A stretch of 64,000 nucleotides of DNA. Origin: Chrysomallon squamiferum (Eukaryota > Animalia > Mollusca). Where the stretch lies: positions 12,772,001 to 12,836,000 of the forward strand of contig CM022668.1 in assembly GCA_012295275.1 (NCBI GenBank), written 5' to 3'. The position numbers and the translations under genes are program-made. The notes under the pieces were generated by a model that was not told where the DNA came from, did no database searches, and worked only from the letters and a program-made list of their open reading frames with translations. This document shows positions 28,467 to 41,989 of this stretch, piece after piece (within the stretch, counting starts at the first letter, position 1; every line of letters begins with the position of its first letter).

Positions 28467-29884
28467 CAAGTAGACTTGAGATGTCAAGATATTAAAATAC
28501 ACTAGGAAAGGCATGATTGTAGTTAAATAGAGAAATATATGATTACATATTCCATCCTTATTTGCCAGTTTTCAGAACCCTACACCTCTTCCACAGGAGG
28601 AGACTAGGTTGAAGCATTGTTGTAGATTGGCTTATTGTAGATTTATTATTACTACTGCTGTTATTATTATAAATCTACTATTGCTGTTGTTTTTCATATT
28701 ATAGAGTTAGTATTGCTGTTGCTGTTATTGTTATAAATTTTGTATGAGGCACAATTTCCCATTCTAGACAGTGGCCTCAGTTGGTTCAGCAATGAGAAAG
28801 AGAATTATAAATAAACACTTGATAATAATTAATGAGTTGCTCTTGGAGTGGCTGTTGAAGATTTCCTCTGTCATATTTTAGGTTGAGGATCCTTTATCCA
28901 AAATTCCAAAATGTTTTCATTTTCCTGTTTTTAAATTGTTTTGCATACACAAACTGTATTTCAAATATTATATTTTTAAAAAAAAAAAAAAAAAAAATTC
29001 CTGATTTATTAAATGGAGTTTGTAGACTTAGATCCTATTCTCTAGCTATCTTAATAATTTAATATTTTATTCCAAAATCTTAATAATCTGAAAAATTCGG
29101 CATTTAGGATAAGGGATTCTAAACCTGTATTGTGTAAGAAATGAAGGGCTGATGAGCACTAACTTAATATTCCCATGTGCTGAAGTATCACTGTATCATC
29201 ATTCACCCTTTTCTGCAATAGAGATGTGTCTTCCTATCAATCTAAAGTTTCATGAAAGATCCTTAATAACTCAAAGCAGCAGATGAAGTTATTGTATAAT
29301 TGCAGTTTAAACTATCACTATACATTTTTTACGTGGCACTGAAAAATATATGCTAGTTATTATAGTTACAAAAAAAAAAAATAACATTGAGCTTATGTCT
29401 AAACAAATATTGTTTTCTTTCTAGATTATAAAAATAACATAGTTTGTTATTTTTTTTTTTTTTTTTTTATTGTTGAAGGATGGTAAAACAAGCCTGCATG
29501 TTGCAGTATGGAGAGGACATGTCCCAGTCGTACAGTGTTTAGTGGAAGCAGGAGCAAATGTCAATCTACAAGATAGTGTTAGTTTACACACACTTTGACA
29601 ATAACGTTACTTTAAAATGATTAAATCATGACCAGATTACTCTTACGTTATCATCATTATTACAAACAGTACTAGTAGCAGCAGTAGTAGTGGAAGTGAT
29701 TTTAGGTTACTTCTACATTATTATTATTAGTAATTTTTTATCCATGTTTGTGATCTTATTAAACATCTTACATACAGATGTGTAAAATAAAAAGGAAAAC
29801 AGAAATCATTTCATTACTTCAGATTAATTATTCTTATTTATCTTTCTGTATAATTCCTTTACGCTAATAATAAAATATTCTGAG

Positions 29885-29923
<39 letters not shown>

Positions 29924-30044
29924 TTCTTCTGATGCCTGTTTTCCTAATAAATTTCTTGCATGTAATATTAAGTTTGAATTAGTGAAATGTGTCACATATA
30001 TCCAGTTTCATAAATAAATTTATCCTGCATGTATGAATGGAATA

Positions 30045-30075
<31 letters not shown>

Positions 30076-30630
30076 ATTTTTTGTGTACAGGATGGATGGA
30101 CACCACTATGCTGGGCAGCAAGATTGAATTATTTGCAGGTTGCCAAAATTCTTGTTGATCATGGAGCATACATCAACTACAAATCCAGGGTAATATATTT
30201 ATAGATATATTTAAATATAGTGAAAAATTTATTATTTCATCATGTATTCTGTAAAATTATTCTGAAGAGGTTTTGCAGACATGTTATTAGGTTTTATTTT
30301 TTTTATTTTTTAATAATATAACTAAATTAGTCCTTTTTTTTTTTTATTTTTTTTTTTCAAATTTATTAGGATTGTATTTTTCAAAAAAAAATATTTGCTA
30401 ATTATTTATTACTGTAAACTAAAAGCATTTTTTTCATATAGATTTAAGTAGAAATATGTTATTAAATTGTGCAGATATAAATTATTATTTTTGTTTTCTC
30501 AGTCTGGTCTAACTCCACTGCGAGAAGCTTTTCAGTATTCACATCTTGAAATGGCAAGATATCTCATACTTGAAGGTGCTGATGTAAATTTCAAACCAGA
30601 TGTAAGAAATTTTGCTATTTTAAATAAATA

Positions 30631-30664
<34 letters not shown>

Positions 30665-31614
30665 TGAAGAATATATATATATATATATATATAGTAAATT
30701 AAAAAAATAATAATAATAAAAATGTGTCAGTACATCATCAAGTTTTAATTATTTTAATTCCTTATAATATATTTCCAGCTTTTAACTAAATTTTTTGCCG
30801 TTATTTATTCTTCTTTATTGTTATATATTTTCATTTATTTTTTTTTAAATTATAACTACAAATATGTACATATTAATTAACATAAAATGTGCCAAACAAC
30901 AATAACAAAAAATTACATCTTTTAGAAAATATACAGATTTTAATTGTATTTTATTCTTTTATTTTTTAGAACAAATAAGAAAATGATGAAAAAAAAAATT
31001 ATTTTTGGTCACACATCATAAACAATTAACCACACCCCTATAAGTCTAATACTGGATTTGGACCTGAACAAGTTTTTGAATGTAATGTGACATAACTTAA
31101 ATTTCCTTTTCATTTTGTTTTTATTGCTAATAACTAGCTCATGCTAAATTATATATATGTATATATATGTATATTGTTGTTTTTTTGTTTTTTTTAGGAT
31201 TGTAGTCTACCAAAGCTTCTTATCCAAATAAACACATTGTCTCCTTCGACTATTGAGGATAATCTGAACATGCTGGTTTCTGCTGGCTACAGAATGGATA
31301 AAGATCCATGGATTAAAACGTGTATTTCAATGCCAGAAGACAAATCATCCAGAAGATTAGTCTCCGTCCCGGAAACCAATGGAAATGTCTTCAAGGAATG
31401 GTACAGAAGACGTTTAGATGTTTTCCCGAAACTTTCCTACATATGTCGATCAAGGATAAGGAGAAGAATAAGTTACTGTGAACATGGAAAGTCAATTCGA
31501 AATGCAATAAACAAACTGGAGCTGCCACATATTATCATAGACTTCTTGCTGTTCAAAGGTGAATTAAAAGATGTTGAATGTGCTGGCACACCAATTGATG
31601 GTTGTAGAATCTGA
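27382..31614 (+). CDS. Ankyrin repeat and SOCS box-containing (ASB-like) protein, about 345 aa
   Basis: Exons 27382-27507, 27997-28095, 28319-28417, 29479-29577, 30091-30189, 30503-30601, 31198-31614, all with phase-0 introns. The five internal exons are 99 nt, one ankyrin repeat each (e.g. DRRTPLHIASRSGRSDVVRELVRAGAKVN, DGWTPLCWAARLNYLQVAKILVDHGAYIN). The C-terminus has a SOCS-box pattern: PKLSYICRSRIRRRI...INKLELPHIIIDFLLF. Confidence 0.9.
28879..29127. mobile_element. Degenerate pogo/Tigger-type MITE (about 250 bp) in ASB intron 3
   Basis: The left end tAGGTTGAGGATCCTTTATCCAAAAT and right end ATTTAGGATAAGGGATTCTAAACCTG|TA form imperfect terminal inverted repeats with a TA flank. They resemble the recalled Tigger4/MER46 ends (CAGGTTGAGTATCCCTTATCC). 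Confidence 0.6.
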
Positions 31615-33328
31615 AGCATGGAATAATGCACCAGGGTTCAATAAGGATTGATATAATGTGGTTGGTGACTAATTGATATGATTTGGTTGGAAATACAACA
31701 GCAGAAAAGGGTTGAAGATGAAATGTTATTGGTTGTTGTTGAAATAGTAGATGTTAGCTGAAATTGAAGTTAATGGAGATGGTTAGAACTGAAATAAAAA
31801 GAGATGGTTGAAATTTATAATTAAACAGAGATGGTTGAAGTTGAAGTAATAGATATTGGAATACTACAGCAATATTGGGTGAAGAAGTAATTGAAAATGG
31901 TCGAGTTTGAAATAATTGACTGTGGTTGTTGTTGAAATACTAGATACTGGTTGAAGTTGGTTTATACCAAAATAATGGACAGTAGTTGAAAATGAATTTA
32001 CAGAATGTGATTGAAGGAAAAAATAATGGACAAAGAATTGATGATGGAAAAACAGAAAAGGGTTGAAGATGAAACAAAAGTAGTGATAGAAACTAGTTGA
32101 AAAAGAAATGATAGACACAAAATTGATTTTGAAAGTCAGTGGTTTCAGATAAAGTAATAGATATTTTTTTAAGAAGTTATTATAATGAATGGACGAAGGT
32201 AAAATTATTTTATGGAAAAATTTCTGTGTTATCAGTTATTATAGGAATTGTGCAACAGATAATTTTTTTCTGTTTCTCTTGTTATTTAAATATTTTACTA
32301 AGATCATTTATTTAAACAGAAATATTAAAAAATGCAATAGGCTGAAGATAGAAAAAATAATTTCCAATCCAAATATGCTTTTACTTAATTAGTTGTCATA
32401 AAATTAATTAATATATATTTTCATCTCTCTATTATTGATCTGGATTTGTTACCTCTGTTTTATTTTGCAACCACTTATTAATTTGTAACCACTTATTACA
32501 TTTATATACAGGACTATATTATACACAATTGGTTTTAATAGTATTATGGTTGGAAGTACCAACTATTTTTCATGGATTAATTTTTGTATGCATTTTAGCA
32601 GAACATTTGTCAAATAAACAGTGCTCATAAAATTTTATGAATTTATTATGTGGTAATTCATATTGCAGAAAATATAACACCATTATGTTCATCTCTTCTA
32701 AAAAATGTGTTACATTGGTTAAAGAATCTCAGTATATATATATATATATATATATATATACTAATTAATTAATTAATTAAAGATGTACCTCAAAATATTT
32801 GTTTGGCTGGACCAAACAAAGCAATATAAATTTGTGTTACATTACATTAACTGTGATGGTTATAATGGCATTTTCTAACTGGAATAAAATAAAAACATAG
32901 ATTTTGTTGTTATTTTTCTTTGATAGAGTTACAAGTACTCAGTGTTCTTATTATAGCATACATACACACTTACATGTTTTGATATAATATAAAAACATTT
33001 AAACAGTGATTATGAGTGAACGCCGGCTGATGTATTTCCATGGGATAATCGTCAGTTAACAAATGATTCATAAATCAGTCGTGAGACACTGGTGGAACGG
33101 GCAATGAGGGAGGGAGTAAAAATCGAGAACCCAGAAATTGACACCGGTTCAAGGTTGCGTTCTAACCACGATCTACAGGCTCATTACATTATTTAAATGT
33201 TTATAAATTTTGGTTAAGAATTAATAAAAGAAATTAAAGGTCTCGTTTGTTGCGTTGTTATTTTAATTTTTGGTAGAGGTTGTTATGTGTTGTTGTTTTG
33301 GGGTTTTTTTTAGTCGTTATTTCAATAA

Positions 33329-33375
<47 letters not shown>

Positions 33376-33516
33376 TAATAAATAAAAGTGGAATAAATAC
33401 GACAATTTGTTTATTAGAACGTACATAATATTTCCTTGTCCTTTTTACGCGCGATCACTATACTGTTTGTGTGCATGAGGTTCGAATCCCGAGAATGTCA
33501 AAGTTTTACAACAACA

Positions 33517-33566
<50 letters not shown>

Positions 33567-34896
33567 GTTGACACTTACTTTAAAAATCGTTACCTATATA
33601 TGTAAAATAGCACTGCTTTGCTTATTTTCTCTCTCTCTCTCTCTCTCATACACATAAACACACACAAAAAAATATTAATAACAAGACTAAACGGTGCCTT
33701 CCTCACATCAATGGGTTTAACAAAACAATTAATTTAGAACGATATAACACAGGCGCAAAACACCATCCATTTCTGAAAAAAAAAAAAAAAAAAAAAAATA
33801 AAAATTATATGCTGTATTACCTAAGACATAAATAAATAATTCTTTGAAATAAAATTACAAATTTGGTTCTTTTATCTATTTAATTTTTTTTATTTTTATC
33901 ACAATTTTTACGAATTAATCTTTCTATTAAAAATACTGATACACTCACCTTCATCAAAAATAACAACGTGAAGCGAATGAACAATTATTATTATTATTTT
34001 TTTTTTTTTTTTTTTTTTTTGGGGGCTTTTTTCTTATTTTCTTTATCTTATTATTTTAGCCATTGTTTTGCAGGATATTTACAAAGTAAATAAATAAACA
34101 AATATCATATAATCCACTTTTGATTTCAAACTGTAAATTTTAACAGTTCAATAAAGAGTAACTTTTAATAGCCGTAGTTTCAATGTATATACATGAACTA
34201 TGATATATACTTTTGTGAATGTGCGTACGTTCGTTCCGTCTACATTTATAAAACTTAAACAAAAATAATACAATCATTATAAGGTCTTTGTGCATGGTAT
34301 AACAGAAAATAAGCTATAAAGTGTATTTCAACAACTTCAGAACTGGATCACAATTTGTATCCATAAAGACGATGGTCATGTTGAAAATTAACAACCTCAA
34401 GAATAAATATATTTAACAATACAAAAATTATTTTCTCTTATCCTTTTTACAGATTAGTTCTTTTATTCCATTACATCAGAAGTTATGAAAATGTGTAATT
34501 GTATAAGGACTTTATAGCGACCTGTGTGCTCTATATTTTAATAATGTCGCTGCGATAGTCTGCTTCTTAAGAGCGAATTAACACTATCTAAAGCAATTAC
34601 ACAATGCTGAGCCTAAAACCCATATTCTTTACCTCGCAGCTCCCTATCTTAGATCCTGTCCAAAGCCATTGTTCGATATAAGATAACAGAGTAATTAACT
34701 GTTGCAGGTCGTTTGTAATTTGGCTGACACTAGCGAGTATTAGCTGCCGGATTTCTCACGAGAGAAGCCAGCAATTAACACTTAATAAAAACCACAGTAG
34801 TTATCAAATTATCCAAACAGTCGCATCTTCTGTTGTTATGCACAGACCGTGAACAGTTTGATCAGACACGGGGTAAAAAACCGGCTTTAGGGTTTT

Positions 34897-34947
34897 TAAT
34901 CCCTAATCCTTTAGCATAAAGCACCAAGCCTTTTTTTTTTTTAATCC
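34897..34947 (+). promoter_or_regulatory. Three TAATCC K50-homeodomain (Otx/Pitx-type) sites
   Basis: TAATCC at 34897, 34904 and 34942, within a CpG-retaining non-coding block upstream of the zinc-finger gene. Confidence 0.35.
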
Positions 34948-35135
34948 GAAGTTGATTTGTTTTTTGGTGTCTGTTTGTTACTCTGTGAAAACAATACCAT
35001 TGTTAGTCATCAACATGCCAGCTGGAAATTTAAAAAAAAAAAAGAAGAAGAAGAAGAAAAAAGAAAGGATTCGTATTGCCTATCCGATTATTAAGTGTCT
35101 CTGGAGTATTATGAAGCCAAATATTTTGCTTTTAA

Positions 35136-35232
35136 CCAATCACTAGGGATCTAACTTTCATCTGTTTAATTAGAAGTTATCTTTGGGTTTTATCTGACCA
35201 ATCGATTCCGGTTTTTGATTCGTCTGCCCAAT
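35136..35232 (+). promoter_or_regulatory. Cluster of CCAAT (NF-Y) boxes upstream of the zinc-finger gene
   Basis: CCAATC occurs at 35136, 35198 and 35228 in the same orientation, 120-220 bp upstream of the first coding ATG. Confidence 0.55.
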
Positions 35233-35354
35233 CAGAAGCCATGTGAGGTTTAGTCCAAAAGACGGACTGGGTAAGAGACAAGACGTGCAGAAACAAATGA
35301 TCTAGATTTACAACAATTCATAGTTTTGGAGTAGACGTTAATTCTGCTACAAGG

Positions 35355-35469
35355 ATGTTGAGAGGTTTTTCTCCTCAAAGCCTGTATGGTAAGTCATTTC
35401 TACCTGTTCTAAGTAAATTATATAATAACAAATATACGTTCTCTTATTCTTTTCATATCCGTAATTTAG

Positions 35470-35542
<73 letters not shown>

Positions 35543-35882
35543 ATTGCATTTTGTAGAAATTTAGAATGAAATAGACATGTGCACAAAAGAAAATAATGTA
35601 CATTCTAATCTTTATTCTGTTTAACCATGGACATCCCGATTTACTAAAGCTTAGAAATAAAGAATGTTAAATTTTTCAGATTTTAACTATTTGATAAACA
35701 GTAGGGTTAATAAAAAGAACTAGAACATATTTTCTATATGTCACAAACCTTTGCTAATAATAAAGTATATCAATTTATGTTTTGGCATATTCATTTCTGC
35801 AGTATCTGTTTCAGTTTTACCATGTCTTGAAACTGCTCAGTGTTTATCGATTTATCAGCTCCTTTTTGTTTTTAAACTTTGT

Positions 35883-35913
<31 letters not shown>

Positions 35914-36956
35914 GGACAGGAAGTGAAGGTCATATTACAAATGTAATATTCACTAAATAGATTCCCACAACTGGTATGGTTAAATGTTTGGTTTTTCCTG
36001 GAGATATCACAATTTTGTAGTACGTACAAATAGCATAATGTACATTTAGTAATCTTGCAAATACTTGTTTTTCCATTCCAACCTTTGTAATACTAAACTA
36101 TAACTATAAATTAATTATTTTTTTTTTTTTTTTTTTTTTACTTTAGTGCAAACAGTCTTTATTAGATATTGTATTAAATTTAGACACGAATGTGTGAGTT
36201 ATGTTGGGTGCGTGGATAAACGGATGTAGGTAAATATGTGCACATACGCAGGGCAGATAGTGGAAGAAAGAATTTAGCATTTGTAGAAAAAACATTATCA
36301 CATAAACAACAAAATCAGCAAAACCATTAACAACCATAACAACGAAAAAAATAAAACAAGCAGCAGCACATTAACAATCTCAACAATAACAACGACGGTA
36401 ATAATATATAATAATAAAAAAAAAATAACGACAATAATAAAATCCTACTGTATAACGACAACAGCAAGAACAATAATAAAATCAAACAGTAACAGTAACG
36501 ACTGCAACAAAAATAACAGCAGTAAGAACAGATAACAACAACAACAGCAAATGTTTTAAAAATCAACGACGTTTATCTTTAATAATTGTTTTACATTTCA
36601 GATTCTCTATCCGACCATCCTCACCCCTGGCTAAAACTACAGCACAACATTATGGCGGAACACTACAAAGCCTTCAAATCATTTGTCATGAGGTAAATTT
36701 TGTTAGAACGGTTATTGTTGTTGTTTTTGTTATTATCTGTTATAAATTATTATTTATTTATTTAAACTTTTACGGTACTTTTCGTGAGAACGAACAAACA
36801 GCGTAAATGGGTTTTTATACGTAAGCAAGAAAGGATAACTCTGTTTGTAAGTTAATATTTGTACAGTCGTGTCAATAACGTTTTATTTATATATTTATTT
36901 TATAGAGAAGTTAGATCTCAAATATATAACAATCTAAATAAGACAACAAAATATTT

Positions 36957-36995
<39 letters not shown>

Positions 36996-38697
36996 TTAAT
37001 AACGACTAAATTAAAATATAATTATGAAGTCGAACAATTCGAGTCCGCATGCTGATGATCATTTTGCTAATTAAAAAAAATAATAATAAAAAATTAAAAA
37101 TGTATAAAATAATAAAAAAAAAATAAAGAAAAAATTAAAAAAAAACAAAAACATTCTATAACAAATAAATAAAATGGTGCGAATAGTTTGTATATTGACT
37201 AATTATAACTTTATATTTTAAAAACATTTCAGTGCTTCTACAATGAACAACATGCTGCAGAACCAACAAATCCATAAAATGAAGTCGCAACGACATCACC
37301 AGCCGTCGAAACGATATTTGCTCTGTCCCAAGAAACCTGTGGCATTTTTAAACACCAAAGAAAACGAATATGAAAAAAATCCGCATGAACATGATGAAAA
37401 TCAGCTTTGCGAACATCAAGCTGAAAATGAGTTAAATTTAACTGATTCTGACGTCTGCTCAACTACAAATTTTCCTCTTTTTGAAGAAGTAGCCATCGAA
37501 GACGCAAACCATAAAGAATCTAACGAACAAAATGCATATACCTTTGCACCAACTCAAACGGGCATTGTCTGTTCTTCAGAATTAAACAGTCCGAGGCAGA
37601 ACAATGGTATCGAAGGTAAACATTACGTCAACAAACTTCAGTCACATAATTCTGACGTCATGTGGTCGTGCTACAGCACTGTTAATGAGACATCGTCTGT
37701 TAAATCAAGTACCTTTGTGGAGGATTGTCGACAACATTCTCCACCAGAAAATAACATTGTTTCTTCAAAAGATGTGGCTAAGTATCTTTCTGAAACGCCT
37801 CCGCAAAATAATAAACTGCAAGACATTTCACGACAAGATATAGAACACTTAAACAGACATTTTCGATATCCAGTTCAAGTTAAGCGGACTTCGATTCTTA
37901 CTGGAGAAAATATGAATGAAGCTTTAGATCTGTCTCGACCGAAGTTAAAGAGAGAACGAGCACAAGACGACAACACGAAGCCTGACAAACGTCGTAAAGT
38001 TTCACAAACCAAGAAAAAAATGAACAAAGAAAATGAAAGCCAACTTTCTGCAGTTGACTTTTCATTAAATAGCCAGCGTCTACCAAAAATCAGTAAAAGT
38101 ACTACAGTACTGACAGACGAAGAAAAAGGTGACACCAAGCCAATAATTTTGACCATCAGATGTAATAAAAATCTGGAACGTAACAACGAAAACAGTCGAA
38201 AAACGGGAAACGGTGCCAAAAAGAAAGATACTAGTTTCGTTCTTACTGAAAAGGGCCAGTTGACACAGGAACCGGGGGCATTTCAGAAAAATAAAAATGA
38301 CGAAAATACAGAGATTTCGATAAAGACAAATGAAACCACTTCGTCACCGGCAGTTAACGGAAAAGCCAAAATTCACGCTTGTAAGTACTGTGGTAAAATG
38401 TTTGCACAGAGGTCATCAGTTCACACTCACGAACGCACGCACACAGGCGTCCGTCCGTACAAATGTGAATATTGTGGGAGGGATTTCATAGACTGCTCCA
38501 CCTATACTAAACATGTGAGACTTCATACTGGAGAACGGCCATATATGTGCGATGTTTGTGGGCGGGGATTTACACAGTCGGGGAATATGCTACGACATAA
38601 AGTGGCACGACATCCGGACGTCCCAAAGTCAAATTCCGGTACGAAGAAAGTTAACATTAAAGTAAACGCGAGGAGTTCGATTTCGGAGCAAAAATAA
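35355..38697 (+). CDS. C2H2 zinc-finger transcription factor, Glass-like (three C-terminal fingers), about 529 aa
   Basis: Exons 35355-35388 (ATG...TATG|gtaagt), 36602-36692 (...ATGAG|gtaaat) and 37233-38697 join in frame: MLRGFSPQSLYDSLSDHPHPWLKLQHNIMAEHYKAFKSFVMSASTMNNML... There are three fingers with TGVRPY/TGERPY linkers and helices QRSSVHT, DCSTYTK, QSGNMLR. The large ORF is certain; the two small 5' exons are inferred from splice consensus and frame. Confidence 0.88.
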
Positions 38698-39699
38698 TAT
38701 AATACCTCAAATAAAAAAAAAAAAAAAAAAAAAAAAAAAAGAAGAAGAAGAAGCATAAAACTAGGCATAAAAAAATGCAGATTTCACTATTAAACAAATT
38801 TAAAATATATTAATTGTTTTTTGCTTGCAGTTTATTAATTGTTCTAATAATTATTACGTCATATTGTTTATTATGACTTTTGCATGTTTTACTTATTTTG
38901 TTTGTAGAGTTTGTGATTGCGTTTCGGTTATTAGGCCCATATTCAGAATATTTAATTATTCAAAAATAATAATAAATAATAAAAAAAAATAATAAAAAAT
39001 AAAAAATAAAAAAAAAAAAAAAAAATCGTAGTGCGAATTCGAAAAACGATTTGTTACATTAAAATAAAATAATTAATTAATTAAAATTAAATTAAATTGA
39101 AATCAAATATATTGATTTAAAATATAATAAAACTAATTAAAATAAAATGAATTTAACAAAATGAAAATTTAATCAATGATACTATTTTACAATAATGAAT
39201 AAACCACATACAGTATGAGCCAGTTTCATAGATATAGTTGTAAACTTTTGTTTAAATGTGTTTGTAATTTTTATTTCATGTTGTTGTTTGTCACTTGGTC
39301 ATATTTTTTTCACCACCTTCTAACATTAATCATCTTAACAGCCATTCTCATGCATTTCTGTGTTAGTTCATATATTTGGAATAGGATTTTACCAAATTTA
39401 TTTAATCAGTAATGAATCATTATTTCACTTTAAAGTTAAGCCATGTTTGAAGCACCCTATAAAGTTATTTGCTCATTTCATTATTATTATTTGAAACAAA
39501 AAAAAATGCTAATTTTGGTATATTTGTTACAAAAAATTACCATTTTATATGAAATGACAGATAGTATTTGTGGGTGCCAACACCTTTGCTAATAATGAAG
39601 TATGACAAGATAAAAAAATGTGCAAGGCAGAATTATAGACATGGCTGAATGATTTTGTATCTTTGTACATATTTGATGAGCAAAGAATGATATCAGGTA

Positions 39700-39935
39700 C
39701 AGGTTAAGGAAAATGTAGCCATAATTCTGAAATCTTAAAATTTTGAGAGCAGCTGAAATTATGTCATCTGAAAGTTTTGAATTAAAAAATCCTTAGGTTA
39801 TCTGTATAAGCTGTATATGAAACATGAATATGAATGGAATTTGTGTTCAGATATTAATCCTGTTCTCTGGTTATATATTAGGAAATCCAAAGCACTTCTG
39901 GTCTCAAGTATTTCAAATACAAAATCCTGAACCTA
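39700..39935. mobile_element. Second, more decayed copy of the same Tigger/MER46-like MITE, in the probable zinc-finger gene 3' UTR
   Basis: Begins TA|CAGGTTAAG. The right end AAATCCAAAGCACTTCTGGTCTCAAGTATTTC...GAACCTA resembles the recalled MER46 subterminal AAATCCGAAACACTTCTGGTCCCAAGCATTTC...CAACCTG. Confidence 0.5.
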
Positions 39936-41932
39936 CAAATAATTATCACAGAATTATAATAAAATTAAGTTACTCTCTTAACTGATCAGAATATTTAAAT
40001 ATATACTGAAGTTACCAGACTCCATGTCAATGAATCATAATACTAGCAATTGTTTGTTTGTGGCTTGTTGATGAATACTATTTCTCTTTCCCTGTCTTCT
40101 AATTAAATGTTTTGCTTACTTTTTATTATACATGTATAACTATGCATTTATTTGTTATCTGAGAATAAAGTACATTTTGTTACCATTATTATTTTTGTTT
40201 TAATTTTATTTATGTTTTTTAAATTAAAATTCCAGATTTAGAAATGTGGAAATAAAAAAAGTGTTATTACAAAAGCTTGATGAAGGCACAAAAGGTTGCA
40301 GGATTTAACTTTTTTTTTTTTCTCTATAACCCCAAAATGTAACTGTAGGTATATTAAGTGATATATGTTCTTGTATTAAATATATACTGGTGTATTAAAG
40401 GATAATATCATGTTTTTGATATGAATAACTTAAGGAGTAAAGTAACAAAATTTGTAAATAAATTATATATATATATAAAATGGAAAAAATAAAATAAAAT
40501 AAAATAAAATTAAATTAAATAAATCCCTATATTTTTGAATTTTAGGAAACAAATATTAAAATGCTGATATCTTTAAAAAAAAAAGTATACATTAACATTA
40601 ACTAAATAAATACTTAGCAAGTATTTTCATAATCAATTAAAAACAAAAACAAAAAAAAAAAAAAAAAATATTTTATTAGATTTAATACAAAATAGATAAA
40701 TCAGGAATAATTTCAATTTTTATCACAACTTATTTCATTTTATACTTTATGGAATTGGAAATGCATGTGTCATTATTTACATAAATTTATACATAATTAA
40801 TCAGGTGTTCTAAAAAAAAAAAAAAAAAAGATAATTATCACTGATTATTAAATAGTACAAAAATCACATAACTATTTACACAAAATTACATCAAATCCAA
40901 AATACCCATAAGATTAAGAATTATGTCCAGCCACATTTTACTTTTCTTAATTCAATTATGTCATTTAAAATGATAAAAACAAAAAATACAGAGACGATAA
41001 AACACAATTATTTTGTTTATTATTAATTACAATCATTATTGTTTTTGTCATCATCATCATCATCGTAATTATTAATAAGTTAAAAATGATTCTTGATCAG
41101 ATTTTTTTAAATTTTAAAAATATTCCATTTTATCTGCTAAAATGCATTTTTGAAATTATCTCACAAACTGGTATGTAAAATGATTTAACCTGACAAACTA
41201 CATTTAAGAAGCAATTGTTTACTTAGCTTTTACAATTAAACAAACAAACAGTTAACAGTATACATTGGTGATACAAAGAAAGTCTAAATACATTCTGCAT
41301 ACATTATCATTATTATTGTTATCATTTATTATTATTATTAGTTTATCATCATCATCATCATCATCATTATTTTTTTTTTTTTTTATCATCATGATTATTT
41401 TTTTAAACTTTTTTCCCACATTATTATTTTTTGGTGGTTGCTGTATAACCTTTATTAATAATAAAGTATAAACAACAGTTATCATAAAGTGGGCTATGCC
41501 ATTTTTTTTCCTGTAATTGTGATGTCATCAGGCAGAGAACAGACCAGTTAGATCCACAATTTCAGTGTGTGTGAATGAACAAGGACCTATAAGAAGAAGA
41601 TCAGGAAAATAAAATAAAAAGAAAAAAGAAAATGGTAACATCAAGACTTTGTTTGTGAAGAGGCAAAATGTCAGAATTAAAACATTTTGTAACAGCATTT
41701 AGTTTGGCCAAAAAGGTAAAAAAAAAAAGAAGATAATTTGGAAGTATAAAGAGGTTTCTTGTAGACCGTATGTAGACTTTAACCTTCTTTTGTAACTTTG
41801 GTTATTTTATAATACATTTTAGCAGATAAATTTTTTTCCAGTATAATTGGAATTTAGACTTGTTGTATTATAAAATAATGATTAAAAGATTTGTTTTTGA
41901 AATTCTACAAGCAAGATCTTTACTTAATAGAG

Positions 41933-41989
<57 letters not shown>

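Noticed and set aside
33436-33502. Possible tRNA gene around GGTTCGAATCCC
   Set aside because: The T-stem and acceptor stem do not pair and there is no credible A-box or anticodon arm.
37875-38768. Antisense ORFs over the zinc-finger exon
   Set aside because: Short, no domain content, and explained by the sense-strand codon composition.
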